A stretch of DNA of 64,000 nucleotides from Callorhinchus milii (Eukaryota), in contig NW_024704749.1 in the NCBI RefSeq assembly GCF_018977255.1, positions 3,038,001 through 3,102,000 of the forward strand, in the 5' to 3' direction. A program made the position numbers and the translations under genes. The notes beneath the pieces are model-generated. The model did not search any database. It was not told the origin of the DNA and saw only the letters and a program-made list of their open reading frames with translations. Of this stretch, positions 37,477 through 51,300 are shown piece by piece. Position 1 is the first letter of the stretch, and every line of letters begins with the position of its first letter.

Positions 37477-38115
37477 AAAAATTAAAGTTCTAACGTGCAT
37501 ATCCCCTCAGGTGGCACTAACCAGAATATTCTACTGTAAATGCGATCTAATATCAAATTGAGTATCTGTCATGATTTCAATCGAATAATCTAGGGCTGAC
37601 ATTGTTGAGGGTAGTGGTGCAATATCAGCGTTTTCAATGTTTGAATAAGACGCTAAACAGAGTTGCTGTTTCTTCGGGTTGACATCAACGCTTCTGTGAC
37701 ATTAACTAAAAAGCAAATGAATTAGTTATCCATAAGATGTTAGTTTTCCAGTTCTGGATTCAACAATAACAACTGCTTCCACATATATAGTGCCCTTCAC
37801 GCAGGGAAGTATCTCAATGAGCTTGATTTCTTGTGCTACAAGTTGCTGCTACAAATAACTACTGGGTTTGTCTAACAAAACAGTTACTGCACTTAGCAAC
37901 AACGTGGGTTGCTTTTATAAGAGCAATAAAAATGAAACTGTCACTCATTCACAATTGTTGCCTCTGTGAGAATGAAGAAACTGTTTTATTTATTGTGAGG
38001 CAGTGCCCTCTATGGATCGAGTGTTTCAGTTGAACATGATTCTCCTGTTCCTCACCCTGATCCTGTCCACATCTGGTCTGTCAGAATGTACGAGTACTTG
38101 GGTAGAAATACAAGA

Positions 38116-38443
38116 TGATCCTGTAGCTCAGTGGTTAGAGCACTCGCTTTGGAAGCGAGAGACCTGAGTTCAATTCCAGACAGAGGGCGAAACCTTGGGC
38201 AAGTTTCCTTACTCCACACAGAGCCTAATAATAATCCCTCCAAAAAACCAAAACAATAATAAATCGGTCATTTTCAAGCTACGACTGTTTGTGGGACATT
38301 GCTGTGCGCAATTGGCTGCCACGTTCGCCCACAAATATACAGTCAACTCACTTTACAGTGTGTTCTGTGAAGCGCTTTGGGACAGCCTCCCGACGTGAAA
38401 AGCGCTATATCAAATGCAAGGATTATTATATTATTATTATTAT
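38116..38443 (+). mobile_element. tRNA-Ala-derived SINE, young copy
   Basis: A and B boxes, body and (TTA)n tail; absent at the paralogous site near 52490. Confidence 0.9.
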
Positions 38444-40034
38444 AAAGTACTCTATTAATGTGTCATTTAAAAGTTTGCAGAAATTGTTAATTCATATTTA
38501 ACTTTGAGAACCGCTTTCTGTAGTTCAATCAGACCCAGGTGGAATTTCTAATGAAATATTTACAAAGAATGAATTCACAAATATTCACCGAAGTGGATAT
38601 CTTCATTTCACATATAAACAGGACGAGGAGCAATAATACTCCGAATAGTAAAACTGAAAAATGCGGACATCACATTGATGAAAAGTAACAGCAACTTTCA
38701 TCTAAATAGCACACTTAACGCAGGGCAATCTTGCGGATTCATTTACACGGTTGCCGTTGGACACTAAACACGGGAAAGGTGGAATGGTTAGCCTGAAATA
38801 TGTTTCAAGCATGTTCATTAAACCAAAGCACCACATGTTCATCATATAAGTGGCGCAATAATTTATGTATTCTTTCTTTTGTTTTATAATTTTTCGGAAA
38901 AAAAGAATGAATACAATCAACGTCATAACAAAAATTTCAACAGAGTCTAAGAATAGTGCAGCATTTGTGCTGTCGATGCAAGTACTTCCAGACAATTGCA
39001 TAAGCGATGCTTGAAGCCACAACATGGTAACTGAATATCTTGCGACTCTTTTAGAAATAGTTATGCTAGATTAAACCAAATCCTGACTAATTTTATTAAT
39101 TAGTAGGATTTCTGTTTGATTTATATTGCTACATATTTTTCGCATTCAATTTGCAAATCAATATATTTCCCGAGCTTTCCGAATTCCTTGTTTGATACTA
39201 CTGAAGTCTTTATAATGATCCCGATTTCAAAGTAAAAAATGATATATACTTATATAAAAACGTGTATTGTTACATTGTGATCGTTAAAGAGATTCCCTAA
39301 ATATCGTTTTCTAAAAACAACATTTTATACCATATCAAAATGTATTCTCAGTGCGTTACAGATATTGCGGCCACTAAAATAAAATATTCCTGAAAGACGG
39401 TCAGAATAACCTTGTTGAATTCGCTTCCCCGTTTAAGAGCAAACAACACTTGCAGTTTTGATTCACAAATTAGCGCATGATTTAGAATACGTAAAAGTGG
39501 GTGTGGACCTGGTTGGTTCTGATAACCATTCATAACCATTAATATATGCAAATTTGCAGATTAAGAGAGTAGCTATACTATATCTCCGATTAGAGTCGGT
39601 TGTTGTTGAGTGATTCAACAATCATCAGTTGTATTGGTTCTTTCAATTGTACTATTCACTTCTAATGAATCAATTCTCCCGATTCAAACATAAATACCGA
39701 TTATCACATTATCCAGTTCTTACGGTTAATTTCAGACGAGATTCGTAAGTTTACGATTTTAGAAGTTTATTGAAAAAATTTGTAAATCACCATACTGCAA
39801 CATTATCTGCTGCTACTGGGACATTGCAGATATGATGTTGTCCAGTTATCCTCTTATCATAGTTCCAATTAAATAATCCAATGTTTTATATTTGTTAGAT
39901 ATTGATCTGCAAAGATACACCGCATAATGCCCAAAGATTTAAAGGTTGCGAGAGAGCAAAAATATTAAAATGAAATGATACAAACTGTTGAAATAAACTG
40001 CAGTTACACCTGCAGGTGTTCAAACGTCAACGAA

Positions 40035-40288
40035 ATAATAATAATAATAATATTAATAATAATAATAGTCCTTGTATTTGATATAGCGCTTTTCACGTCA
40101 GGAGGACGTCCCAAAGCGCTTCACAGAACACACTGTAAAGTGAATTGACTGTATATTTGTGGGCGAACGCGGCGGCCGATTGCGCACAGCAATGTCCCAC
40201 AAATAGTCGCAGTTTGAAAATGACCAGTTTATTATTGTTTTTTTTGGAGGGATTTTTCTTAGCCGTAATAATAATGATTATTATTATG
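40035..40288 (-). mobile_element. 5'-truncated SINE inserted in the conserved block downstream of C4
   Basis: SINE tail and body without the tRNA head; absent in paralogues at about 16200, 29130 and 53560. Confidence 0.82.
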
Positions 40289-41485
40289 ATGCCGCAAAGA
40301 GCAAATTGTTTTCTCAACAGCGGGCTTGGGGCACGCTGGTGCCGCAAAGTGGGGAGGGGGGGAGGATAGGAGGAGTAAAACATCCATGAGCTCTTGGGGG
40401 GAGGGTGCATTTTCTCGTTTAATTTCCATCTGATTGGCTGATGGAAACGTAGCTTTTAAATATATTGGCCCTCAATTTGCAATATAAAAGCTAAGGGTAG
40501 ACATTTTATTAAGTAAATGGTAAAATATACACTTTGATTTAGTGCTGTAGGCAATGGTGGGCTGGAGAGGGAGGGGTCAAAATTAGTTCACTGAATTAGC
40601 TTCTGAATGCTGGATCGATATACACCATTGTTGGGGCAAAACATTTCACGTGCGCTAAGCCTGTAAGAACCTTCATGAGTTAATATTCAATACTGTGCAA
40701 TATTTTAAATTCACTTCAATTTTACTTTATTTTCAATTGAATTTGAAAATTGGTTCTTTTTAAGAAAGACATGAAACGGCTACCAATAATGGCCAAAATT
40801 AACATTTTTCCAAAATTCTGCTCGATACGTTTTAAATTTTAGTACGCAATAGTTTGGGGGCTACAGTTAAATGAACGCAATTACAGCCGCTTACGCCTCA
40901 GCGCCACACTCTGCAGAAGAAGTCTGAGGCAGGACAACAAGATGCTGAATGTGCTATTCCTGTTCCCTTGTGTGTGTATAACTTCCTGTTGGAATAGTTC
41001 TTCCCGTATGACGACATTCTGTAGTTCTATCAGTTTATAATAATATTCAATGTTTATCTGAATAGTCATATGATAATATACAATAAAACCAGTGGTATGC
41101 GAAAAAATGAATCAAATCAAGAAAAGAAATGAAAGGAAAACAGCGGAGGCACAGACGACAATGGAAGTCATTTAATAAAGCTGTGGTATATGTTATTTCT
41201 GTAATTTTACACAAGTGGTTTCATCATTGCAGCCTGAACACATTGCAAGACACAACCATTCAATTCCAGCAAACTGACAAATATTATTCTTGCCGGTTTT
41301 AATGCAATATTTGAAACATCTAAGTGCTATTTTCTTCAGTTGGGAAATTTACCGAAAGTCTTTACAAAGCGAATCATTTGCTATAATTTGGACATTCCTG
41401 GCAAAATGAACTTCAATCCAAAATATTACAATCACAAGCATTATTATTAAAGGTAGATATTCGATTAGCGCTCTACATTGCTGGT

Positions 41486-41808
41486 TTAGGTACAACTGGA
41501 TCTGGCGATGCTTTTCTCGAGCGGAGTGGCCAGAGTCTGGTGTTTGACCACACAGGAATACAGGTCGTGTGACTCCCACTCGGAGGTTGGCAGAGTCAGA
41601 TAACTGCTCACACTGTACGTGTTGTCCGCCTGCTGTTTGATCGCACTCGTTTCAACACCTTCACTTCTGGCACTGCCATCCACAGTCCACTCGACCTCCA
41701 CAGCTCCCGGAATAAAATCATTCACCAGACACACCAGGGTCGCCTTGCTCTTTGCTGTGATTTGATCTGGTGAAGGCGGAAGGACAGTCACCGAAGGGCC
41801 CTGTGGGT
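41486..41808 (-). CDS. IGLC: Ig lambda-like C exon, cluster 4
   Basis: AG acceptor at 41810-41809; (N)PQGPSVTVLPPS...RSSCT*. Confidence 0.97.
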
Positions 41809-42773
41809 CTGGAAGGAAAAATTTAGCATCAGATCATGTCCACTACATGATTAATTAAAATAGTTGAAATTATTTTTCTTAATATCTTAAGATTACAATC
41901 GTCCTGTTCAATCGCACGACACAACTTCAAGATCGCTAATGACTACTACAATAGAGTAATTCACATTCGCGTAAATGGCATTTTCTTGTCTATTCACGAT
42001 ACTGTTCAATTGTGGCAAAGTCTATCTATATCAAGGGAACATTCAGTGCTGGGGTCACGACTGATAGACAAATGTCTGGGGGCTGCTCATCATACACACT
42101 TCATTATTATACATACTATCATTAGTTGGCAGATGAGCAGTTAAATGGGGACCACATGTTCAAAATATTCCTATATTGAAGAAATTCAAGGCTACAATCG
42201 ACAGAAATAATACCAGACACTGACTATCTCATCCCAGGGAGTATATGGCGGGAACACCTCATTGAAAGCGCAGTAACACATGATTGTTAATTCTATCCAT
42301 TGTTTCCTTTCACAGCGGAGAGAATGTGCAGCAAATGGATATAAATAACTGGGTGTGTTGTCAACTGAACACCCGATTCCGATTAACTCTGTGTAAACGC
42401 AAACACGCATTATTCGGCGTTAAATCCAACTATGCGCAATCTGACCTTCCTCGACAATGGAGCTGCTAATCTTTGAGTGACTTTTCGGATTTCAAAAGTC
42501 GCCATTCACGAATGTAGTCGTTTGTTATTGATACATCAAAATGTTATTATTTATCAATACAATCAGAATATTAGTAATTCTCAAGGTCAAATTGAAACTT
42601 TTTGCAGCGACTATAACATATGGATAAAAATAACAGCCAAATGCTTTCACCCCAACTAACCAGTTCCACCAATGATTTTTTTTACAGGCACCGGCTGCAG
42701 ATAGTAAGAAGGTGAAAATCTCTTTTCACACAGAAAATCATTTTAGGAGCACAATCAGATTCCAATATTTCAA

Positions 42774-44084
42774 CAACAACAACAACAACAACAAGATTCC
42801 ATTTATAGAGCGCCTTTCACGTCAGGAGGACGTCCCAAGGCGCTGCACAGTTGGGTCATGACCCGAGCAGGGGGGAAATGGTCAGGGTGAGGGGAGGGAA
42901 GGGAGGGAGAGAGGAGGGGGGAAATGGTCAGGGTTAGGGGAGGGAAGGGAGGGAGCGAGGAGGAGGAAGAGAGTCGAGAGGGGAGCTGAAGGCACGGTCA
43001 AAGAGAAAGGTTTTGAGACCGGCCTTGAAGGAGGAAAGGGAGGAAGCGGCGAAGGCACTGGGGGATGGAGTTCCAGAGCTGGGGCTGAGAGGCTGAAGGC
43101 CTGGCACGATGGTAGGGCGGTTGGGGCGGGGGACGTGGAGCAGACTGGAGCCAGAGGAACGGAGGTTACGGGCAGGTAGGTAGGGGGATAGTAGGTTGGA
43201 GAGGTAGGAGGGAGCAAGGCCGTGAATGGCCTTGTAGGTGAGGATGAGGATCTTGAAATCAATCCTCTGGGGGATGGGGAGCCAGTGGAGGCGAGCGAGG
43301 GTAGGAGTGATGTGGTCCCGAAGCCTGGTGCGGGACAGTACACGAGCTGCAGAGTTCTGAATGACCTGCAGCTTGTGGAGGGAGGTGGCGGGAAGGCCGG
43401 CGAGGAGAGAGTTCCCATAGTCCAGCCTTGAGGTGACAAAGGCGTGAACCAGGGTTTCAGCAGCGTGAGGGGTGAGGTAGTGCCGTAATCTGGCGATATT
43501 CCGGAGGTGATGGAAGGCGGTGCCAGTTGTGGTGCGGATGTGAGGGAGAAAGGACAGCTCAGGGTCGAACAAAACGCCGAGGTTCCTGACTGGCTTTGAG
43601 AGGTGGAGAGTGCAGCCTTGGATGCTGATGGTGTCAGCGCCTGAGGTGCGGAGGCGCTGACGTGAGCCAATCAGGAGGGCCTCGGTTTTTCGCACGTTGA
43701 GCTGAAGAAAGTTGTCTCTCGTCCAGGACTCGATGTCGGACAGGCAGCTGTCAGGACATCGGTTGTCGTGGAGTTGAGAGTAGAGGAGGAAAGGTAGAGT
43801 TGGGTGTCATCCGCATACATGTGGAAGTTAACCCCATGTTTGCGGATGATGTCACCAAGGGGGAGCATATAGAGGGTGAAGAGGAGGGGAACGAGGACAG
43901 AGCCCTGAGGGACACCACATGAGACAGTACGGGGGGTAGAGGAGAAGCCAATCGTTGAGACGAAGTGAAGACGGTGGGAAAGGTAAGAGCTAAACCATTC
44001 AAGGACAGTGCCTTGAAGGTTGAGGTGGGAGGACAAGCGGTGGAGTAGGATAGCGTGGTCGACCGTATCGAATGCTGCCGATAG
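42774..44084 (-). mobile_element. 5'-truncated L2 LINE in the J-C intron of cluster 4, with 7-bp TSD ATTTCAA (42767-42773 and 44085-44091)
   Basis: ORFs 43671..44036 (GVPQGSVL...MYADDTQLY) and 42934..43695; (TTG)n tail; empty site ATATTTCAATCACTGAGG at about 56405. Confidence 0.93.
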
Positions 44085-44782
44085 ATTTCAATCACTGAGG
44101 AGAGTAACTTCACAAGTTTTCAATAATTAATTGCTACCGTATTAACTGAATGTAGTTACAGTTACAGTTATTACATAGGTCGGGATCCCCTTAACATCAC
44201 AACTAATGAGGTTAATTTCCAAAGGAGAAAATATATTTTGTGTGTTGAGCGGATTGAGCGTCTCTCGGGCTGTGTCTTCTCTCAGCGATGATCATATCTG
44301 AACAATTACAACAACTTATGATGGAACACCTGACATTACTGAGTCTTTGCTGGTCATTGCAATTGTGCTCCCCTTAGTGACATGAAACACGGAATTGGAA
44401 GAAAATAATACATTTTAATAAACCCGAAAATCTGCAGAAAAGTTAAAATAGAAGCGATTGTTAACGGGAGGAACAATATTTCCTCTGAGACTTTCTACAT
44501 TTGCTGGTTTTCTGCACTGTCTTTCCTAATTCTTCACAGATTCTCAGTTAAACTCAGGATTCGCGTGTTTGATTCTTCAAAATATCCGATTTCCAAATAA
44601 AACGTTTATCGTTGCGATGATTACGGCCACATGCAAATATTACCAGAACCGAGTGAAACAGAATCCAACACAGATCAACATACAGTTATACCTTGGAATA
44701 CTTGAAGGAGAACCAGATCAAAATAATTATGGAAAAGTAGAAACAACCACATGCAAAGTGTACAATGTCAAAAAACACTTAC

Positions 44783-45112
44783 TTTTCAAACTCAGCTTCG
44801 TCCCTTTACCGAAGGTATCACTTGCTTTACAGTAATAATCGGCGGCGTCCTCCGGTTGCACACCGCTGATGGTTAAATGCATGGCGTTGCTCCGTGAGTC
44901 CACAGAACCAGTGAATCGATCAGGAATTCCCGGTCCTCTGGTGGAGTCCTCATACAAAACAAACAGAGGGGCGCCGTCAGGCTTCTGCTGGTACCAACTC
45001 GTGAAGTGGCTGCCGATGCTGCCTCCGGACATGGTACAGGTGATCTTGACGGTGTTTCCCGGGGAGGATGAGATGGATGGTGGTTGAGTCAGGGTAAAAG
45101 CTCCGGCTGTGC
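44783..45112 (-). CDS. IGLV: Germline-joined VJ exon, cluster 4 (CDR3 KASDT)
   Basis: Open V frame into [10 protein letters not shown]; donor at 44782. The spliced product is 233 aa. Confidence 0.97.
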
Positions 45113-45202
45113 CTGGAGAGATAAAAATTGATAAATAGGTCAAATTGTTGAACTGTACAATGTGAGTTCAATTCAAATCAGTGCGGATTCCGCAGCGCTT
45201 AC

Positions 45203-45251
45203 CATGTAGACACAGGAGCAAAGCAGCCAGAACTCGGAGCCAATTGCCCAT
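45203..45251 (-). CDS. IGLV: Leader exon, cluster 4 (MGNWLRVLAALLLCLH)
   Basis: ATG at 45251, GT donor, 90-nt intron. Confidence 0.93.
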
Positions 45252-45343
45252 CGTGAACAATTTGATGAAGATCAGAGAGATGAGGGATGTTCCTGACAAA
45301 ATCCGCTTTTCTGCTTCTTTCTAAACTTCTCCTTAAGAACCAT

Positions 45344-45386
45344 CAGGTGATGTAAGTCCAATTAAATTCTTAAATTATGCAAATCA
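45344..45386 (-). promoter_or_regulatory. VL promoter, cluster 4 (octamer 45377-45384, E-box 45344-45349)
   Basis: Same motifs and spacing as the other clusters. Confidence 0.88.
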
Positions 45387-48300
45387 CCATTCAGGTTGCA
45401 TCGTCCAATTAGGAGTCTTATTTCCGAACAGTATATTGAAGATCATGCAGATTTGATTCATTTTGCTGCCCATTTTCGAAAACATATTTCACGGTAATGT
45501 TGCATAACATTTCAGGCTGAAGACTTTGATTGAATGAAGTTCATTTTCAGTTCTAGTAGGAAATAGAGATTTTTTAAATAGCACAAACTTCAAAAAAATT
45601 TTGCAGAATCATGGAAAAGTCTTATTCCGTTATTCGGATATTTCAGGGCTTTGTACCAGATCAATCCTGCAAGATCTCTTCCTCTGATTCACAGAGAATT
45701 ACATTTTTGCGGAGCTAGTTCCATGTTGGATAATTTGTAGTTGCGAGCGGTTCATCGATTCATTCCGTTGCAGATTACAGACTGACATGCCACACTTGAC
45801 CTGATGCAGACCTGCACAGAAAGGCACAGTTTACAGCTGTTGCCAGCCTTCCTCAAACTATATATACGGATTATAGATTTTTGAAAATATAAATTCTCCA
45901 AGTCTCCCTTTGGCAGAATATCAGTTTCATTCACGGATCTAGAAAGCTTCTATCACGAAACGTTATCAACGCTGAAGGGAGCCATAGCTCTGTTGATCAA
46001 TAATAATAATAATCCTTGCATTTGATAATCCTTGTATTTCACGTCTTCTATATATCTCAAAGCACATCGCAGAATATACTATGAAGTGAAATGACTGTAT
46101 ATATGTGGGCCAAGTGCGGCAGCCAATGCTGCACAGCAATGTCCAATAAACAGTCGTGGATTGATGTGACCAATTTAATATCGTTTTTTTCTTGATGGAT
46201 TATTACCAGGCGTGTGGAGTAAGGAAACTTGCCCAAGGTTTCGCGCTGCCAGAAATTGAACCCATGTCGCTCGCAAGCAAGGAGAGAGCGACAGGACTCC
46301 AGCCAGGAGGATAGCTGCGCATTTAGAGGTCGGTGTTTATGATATAAAATTGTCATAAGTGTTGTTCCTATTCGTAACATCGAATGGCACATAATGACAT
46401 TATATGACACATACAGTGGCCAGGCCTTGGCTGCAGCCCACCAGTACCAAATACTTCCCAGAATCAGGAAATTGATGTGACAAGGAGAGAGGGGCCATGG
46501 AATTCCATCCCAGTCACGGGGAAGTTGCTGCTCTAATGTGACACAAGTGCATCGCCAATAGAATGTTACAGCGACTGTCGTATGTTATCCCCCCATCCTA
46601 CTCACACACACACACACACACACACACAGAGACACACATACACACACACACAGACATATCCGGATCTATTTGGGCTTTTTGTTACTTAATAATGACAATC
46701 CTTGCATTTGTTATTGTACTTTTCACGTCTTCGAAACGTCTCAAAGCACTTCACAGAATAGACTGTAAAGTGAATTGACTCTATATTTGAGGGTGAAATG
46801 CGACGGGCATTTCAGCAGTATCCCAAACAGCAGCATCCCATAAACAGTCTTGGTATGCAGTGAATAATTTATTATTGTTTTATTTTCTCGAGGGATTATT
46901 ATCAGGCGTGTGGGCTAAGGAAACGTGCCCAAAGTTTCACCCTGCTGGGAATCAAACCCAGGTCTCTCACTTGCAAAGTGAGTGCTCTAACCACTGAGCT
47001 ATAGGGCTCCACGTATTTCTTTTTCCACCAAGGGGATTTTTCTAGAGACACTTGTGGAAGGAAAAAGATAGGTTTGAGTAGACATTATGAACGAGTGACT
47101 GGAGCATATTTTGAATTAGACAATGATAAACGACTAGCAATTTCTCACGTCAAATATTAAGTGAATCTATTAATATCTTCACACAGGAATCCGGTAACTG
47201 CTCTGATACCATTCCCCATTTGCGTATACTTTACATTTTGTTTCTTTTAACCAAAATACTGGGAAGAGGCTATATTGTGTGGAAAGGTTTGCACATTAGT
47301 ATCTTGATAAATTTCCAATCAAATGTTAGATAATATTGCATACCATTTTTCTCATCTTATCTTGGGAAAGAAACTCACACTAAATGTGATTGTAATGAAG
47401 GTTGGATTCCCTATATTTAAATAAACCACAACGAATTACAGTATCCCTGCATCATTTTGCTCTATATTGCTGGTGGTTTTCTGATAAAACGTTAATACTT
47501 GTAAATCTATATTTCCTTCCAGGGAACTGAAATCCGATGGCATCAAAACACAAGCACTCAATTCCGATCTTCTGGACCTGTTGCCTGCGGCTGTAATGTG
47601 ATGTGCTATGGAACGAGAATTGAAACAGGAGATTTGTGTTGCTCAACCCACTGATGGAAGAAAAGTGCTGTTTCCACCAGCGTTCCCACTCGCTTGTATT
47701 GAATTCTGAGTATGCATTGTTCCAATACATTTTTGTTACACGTGAACGTTAAATGGCTTTTATATGCGTAGAAATTCACAACAGCGTTCATTTTAAAAAT
47801 AATAATCCTGCAGTACATGTATTCTGTTAGAAATTAAATACATGGATAATAATACTTTTGAGAAAACCTTTTCATATCAGGAGGACGATTGATGATGCTT
47901 CATTGAATATACTAGATATAGGTCGTAGGCAAATGTGGCAGTCAATTTGAGCATAGTAATATCTCCCAAACAGCCTTGAAGTGAATCATAATTATATATT
48001 AGAGAATTATTGGACAGGACACCAGACGTTTTCTTCTTCATTTGCATTGTGACATGCGATCCTTAACGTTCACATGAATAAGAAAATGTGATTTTGTTTA
48101 AAGTCTCATCCAAAGAATGGCACCTCCAACAATGCAGGGCATCCACATCATGATATTGCAGCAGGTAATTTACTCAAACCTTCAAATTTGTTATCATTTT
48201 TACATTATTTACATTATAATGCTTTTACATTATACTTTTTTATCCTTTTAATATATCTTCTATATCCTTAATATCTCTGCTCCACCCTCAACTCCAGGAC

Positions 48301-51300
48301 AGCTTGTGTCCTCACCGACTGCATATCCGTCATCAAGTCTTGGTCAAGGGAGAACCTTTCTGCAACTCAACTTCAGCAAGACTGCACCTCGGGCGTTGGC
48401 AGCATCAGCATTCATGGCTGCACATTCATCCTCACAAAGCCAGTCTGGAACCTGGGTGTCTTCTTTGACAAGCCACAGATCATTCAAATCTCTGGAGCTC
48501 GTGTACTCTCGTGCACCAGGCACTGTGACCCCATCACTCCCACCCTCACCTGATTCCACTGGCTCCCCATCCTTCAGAGGATCGAATTCAAGATCGTCGC
48601 CCTCACTTTCAAGGCCATCCATGGCGTTATCCCCTCCTACATAGCTGACCTGGTGATGCTCCCCAACCTGCCCGCTCACTCCATTCAGCAGCCTCCGGGC
48701 TGCTCCTGGTCTCCCAACCGGCCCACCCTACCATCAGTGGCCGGGCTTTCAGCCTCTCTGCCTCCACAGTTTGGAACTCCATCTCACGGTCCCTGAGCTT
48801 CGCTACCTACCTTGCCTCCTTCAAGGTTGGTCTCAACACCCTTCTCTTCGATTGTGCCTTTAGTTGCCCTCCCACCTCTTTGAATTCCCTCACTCCCCCC
48901 CATGCTCGGGTCCAACTCCTCTCTCTTCAGCATTTTGGGACGTTCTCCAGTCGTAAATGGAATTTTATTGTTCCTGCTGAAGGAAGAAAAGTACTCAAGT
49001 GTAGTTTTCCATAAGCGTTCACAGTCGCTTGTATTGTATGTGCCGATCCAATGCACGTTTGTGATTGGTAAATATCAAATGGCTCGAAAGTGCAGAGAAT
49101 CATAGAGCAGACTTCATTTTAAAAAGGCCTCCTACACTGTGTATATTGTGCTAAAAATGAAATACATAGATAATAATACTTATCAAGGCATCCCCATCAT
49201 TGCATTGCAGCAGTTAATTTACTCAGGTCTTCAGTTTTGTTAGTATTATTTTGGGAACAGTTCAAATTTCCACTTATTCATAGGATATAGAAACATGTCA
49301 TTGTAGGTAAGAAGCATGCCATTCAACTCATCCTATATATACCCTCATTTTGAAGGGCGGTTTATTTACAAATAATCATGCATTCCAGCTTTTCCTCTGT
49401 ATTCCTCAATGTTTTTATTTTTCAGTGATCAAGTCCTGGATGAGAGCTGACTTACTCCACTTAAAAGTTGAAAGGGTGGAGACCCTCTTGCTTGACTTCA
49501 GTCAGCATATTCTCACCTCAGGCTCTTACAACGTCGCTATTGGCATGTGGACTTTTCATCTCATAGATCCAATATCGATTCTTGGTGTCATGTTTGACCC
49601 TCATCCCTCCTTTATCCCCATATTGGTGCTACGAATCATTCTGATTTTCCACACATTGGCTGTATTGTCCAACTCTGCCACTGCCTCTCACCTCATTCTG
49701 CCAAAACCCTAATTCATGCATTGATCACGTCCAGGTGGGTGGAATTATGTTAACCCTCTGCTAACTGGATTTTCCAACTCTTCCCTCCATAGGTTAAAGA
49801 TTATTCAGAACTCTGCAACTATCCCTCACCAAGCTCCATGAGGCAATCACCCCCAACCCAAAGAGGAACACGCTGAGGATCCTCAACATTATTTTAAAAG
49901 CACTCAACTTTATTGGTCCTTAACACCTTAGCAACATTTCTGCTCTATTCGCTTAATACTGGTCTGCATTACCTCAACCGACCCACCATCAGCAGGCAGG
50001 AATTCAGCCTTTTTTTCCCACCTTCTGGAACTCCATTCAGAAATCTCTACACCTTACCCTGCCTTCCTTCCTTCCTTCAAGGCTCATCTCAAGTCCTATT
50101 TCTTTGACAATACCTCGGTCATCATCCCACCCCATCAACTTTGAGCCAAATCCCTAGCAAACCCTTGAGTGTGCAACATTTTGTGATGTAAATCCAACAT
50201 GAAAAAAACTATATAAACGCAATTTGTTGTTGCAGTTGTGTGTCAAGATCAATGGCTTGTAAGAAGCATGCCATTCAGTCCATCCTATATGTACCTTCAT
50301 TTTGAAGGGCAGATGATTTACAAATATTCATGCGTTCCACCTTTTCCTCTGTATTCCTCAATGTTTTTATTTTTCAGTGATCAAGTCTTGGTTGAGGGAT
50401 CACTTTCTCCAGTTAAAAGTTGAAAGGGTGCAGACCCTCTTGCTTGGCTCCAGTCAGCACATCCTCACCTCATACGCTGATAACGTAACTATTGACAAAT
50501 GCACTCTTCACCTCACAGTGGTGAGGTGGTGTCATGTTCGACCTTCATCCATCCTTTATCCACATATCGATGGTACGAACCTCTCGGTGTTTCAGCACTT
50601 TCACGACATTGTCCAATTCTGCCACTGACTCTCCCCTCATGCTGTCAAAACCCTCACTCATGCATTCATCACGTCCTGGCTCGTCTAGGTAATCCCCATC
50701 TCTTCCCAACTCTTTCCTCCATAGGCAAAAGATAATTCAGCACTTTGCAACTATCCTGCAACCAATCTCCATGAAATGATCAACCACAACTCCACAGAGC
50801 TTTGCTGGCTCTCTGAACCCAGGAGGAACAAGTTCAAGATCCTCATCCTTACAATGAACACCCACTACTTTATACTTAGCAGCTTAGCGGGCACTGGTCT
50901 GCACCATGTCGACCACTCCACCAAAAGCAGAAAGTCATGTTAGTCTCCGTAATGGAGAGTACGCAACCCAGTAAAATTAAACGGATAAAAATGTATAGTA
51001 TATTCCCTTTGGTGGCACTAAACAGGATAATCTATAATGAATAAGTGATGCAATATACTATCAAATTGGATGTCTGTCATGATTTTTATCTGCTAATCTG
51101 GGGCTGACACTGCAGTCCATTACTGAAGGTAGTGGTGCATTTTTGCCCCTAAACTCTAGAACTCCATTCTGGAATCTATTCCCCTTTCCCTGTCCTCCGT
51201 CGGTGAATGCTAACCTCAACTCCTTTCTCTTTGATTGTACCTTGGTCATCCTTCCATTTCATCCCCGTTGATTTAAATCGCAGCTCCGGTACAAATGTTT

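Noticed and set aside
42882-43670. 262-aa Ser/Pro-rich ORF
   Set aside because: It is an alternative frame of the L2 RT fragment.
44727-45143. ORF-track starts such as [10 protein letters not shown] and MTVLPPS for V and C
   Set aside because: These starts lie in introns or are internal GTG codons; the real starts are the spliced leader exons.
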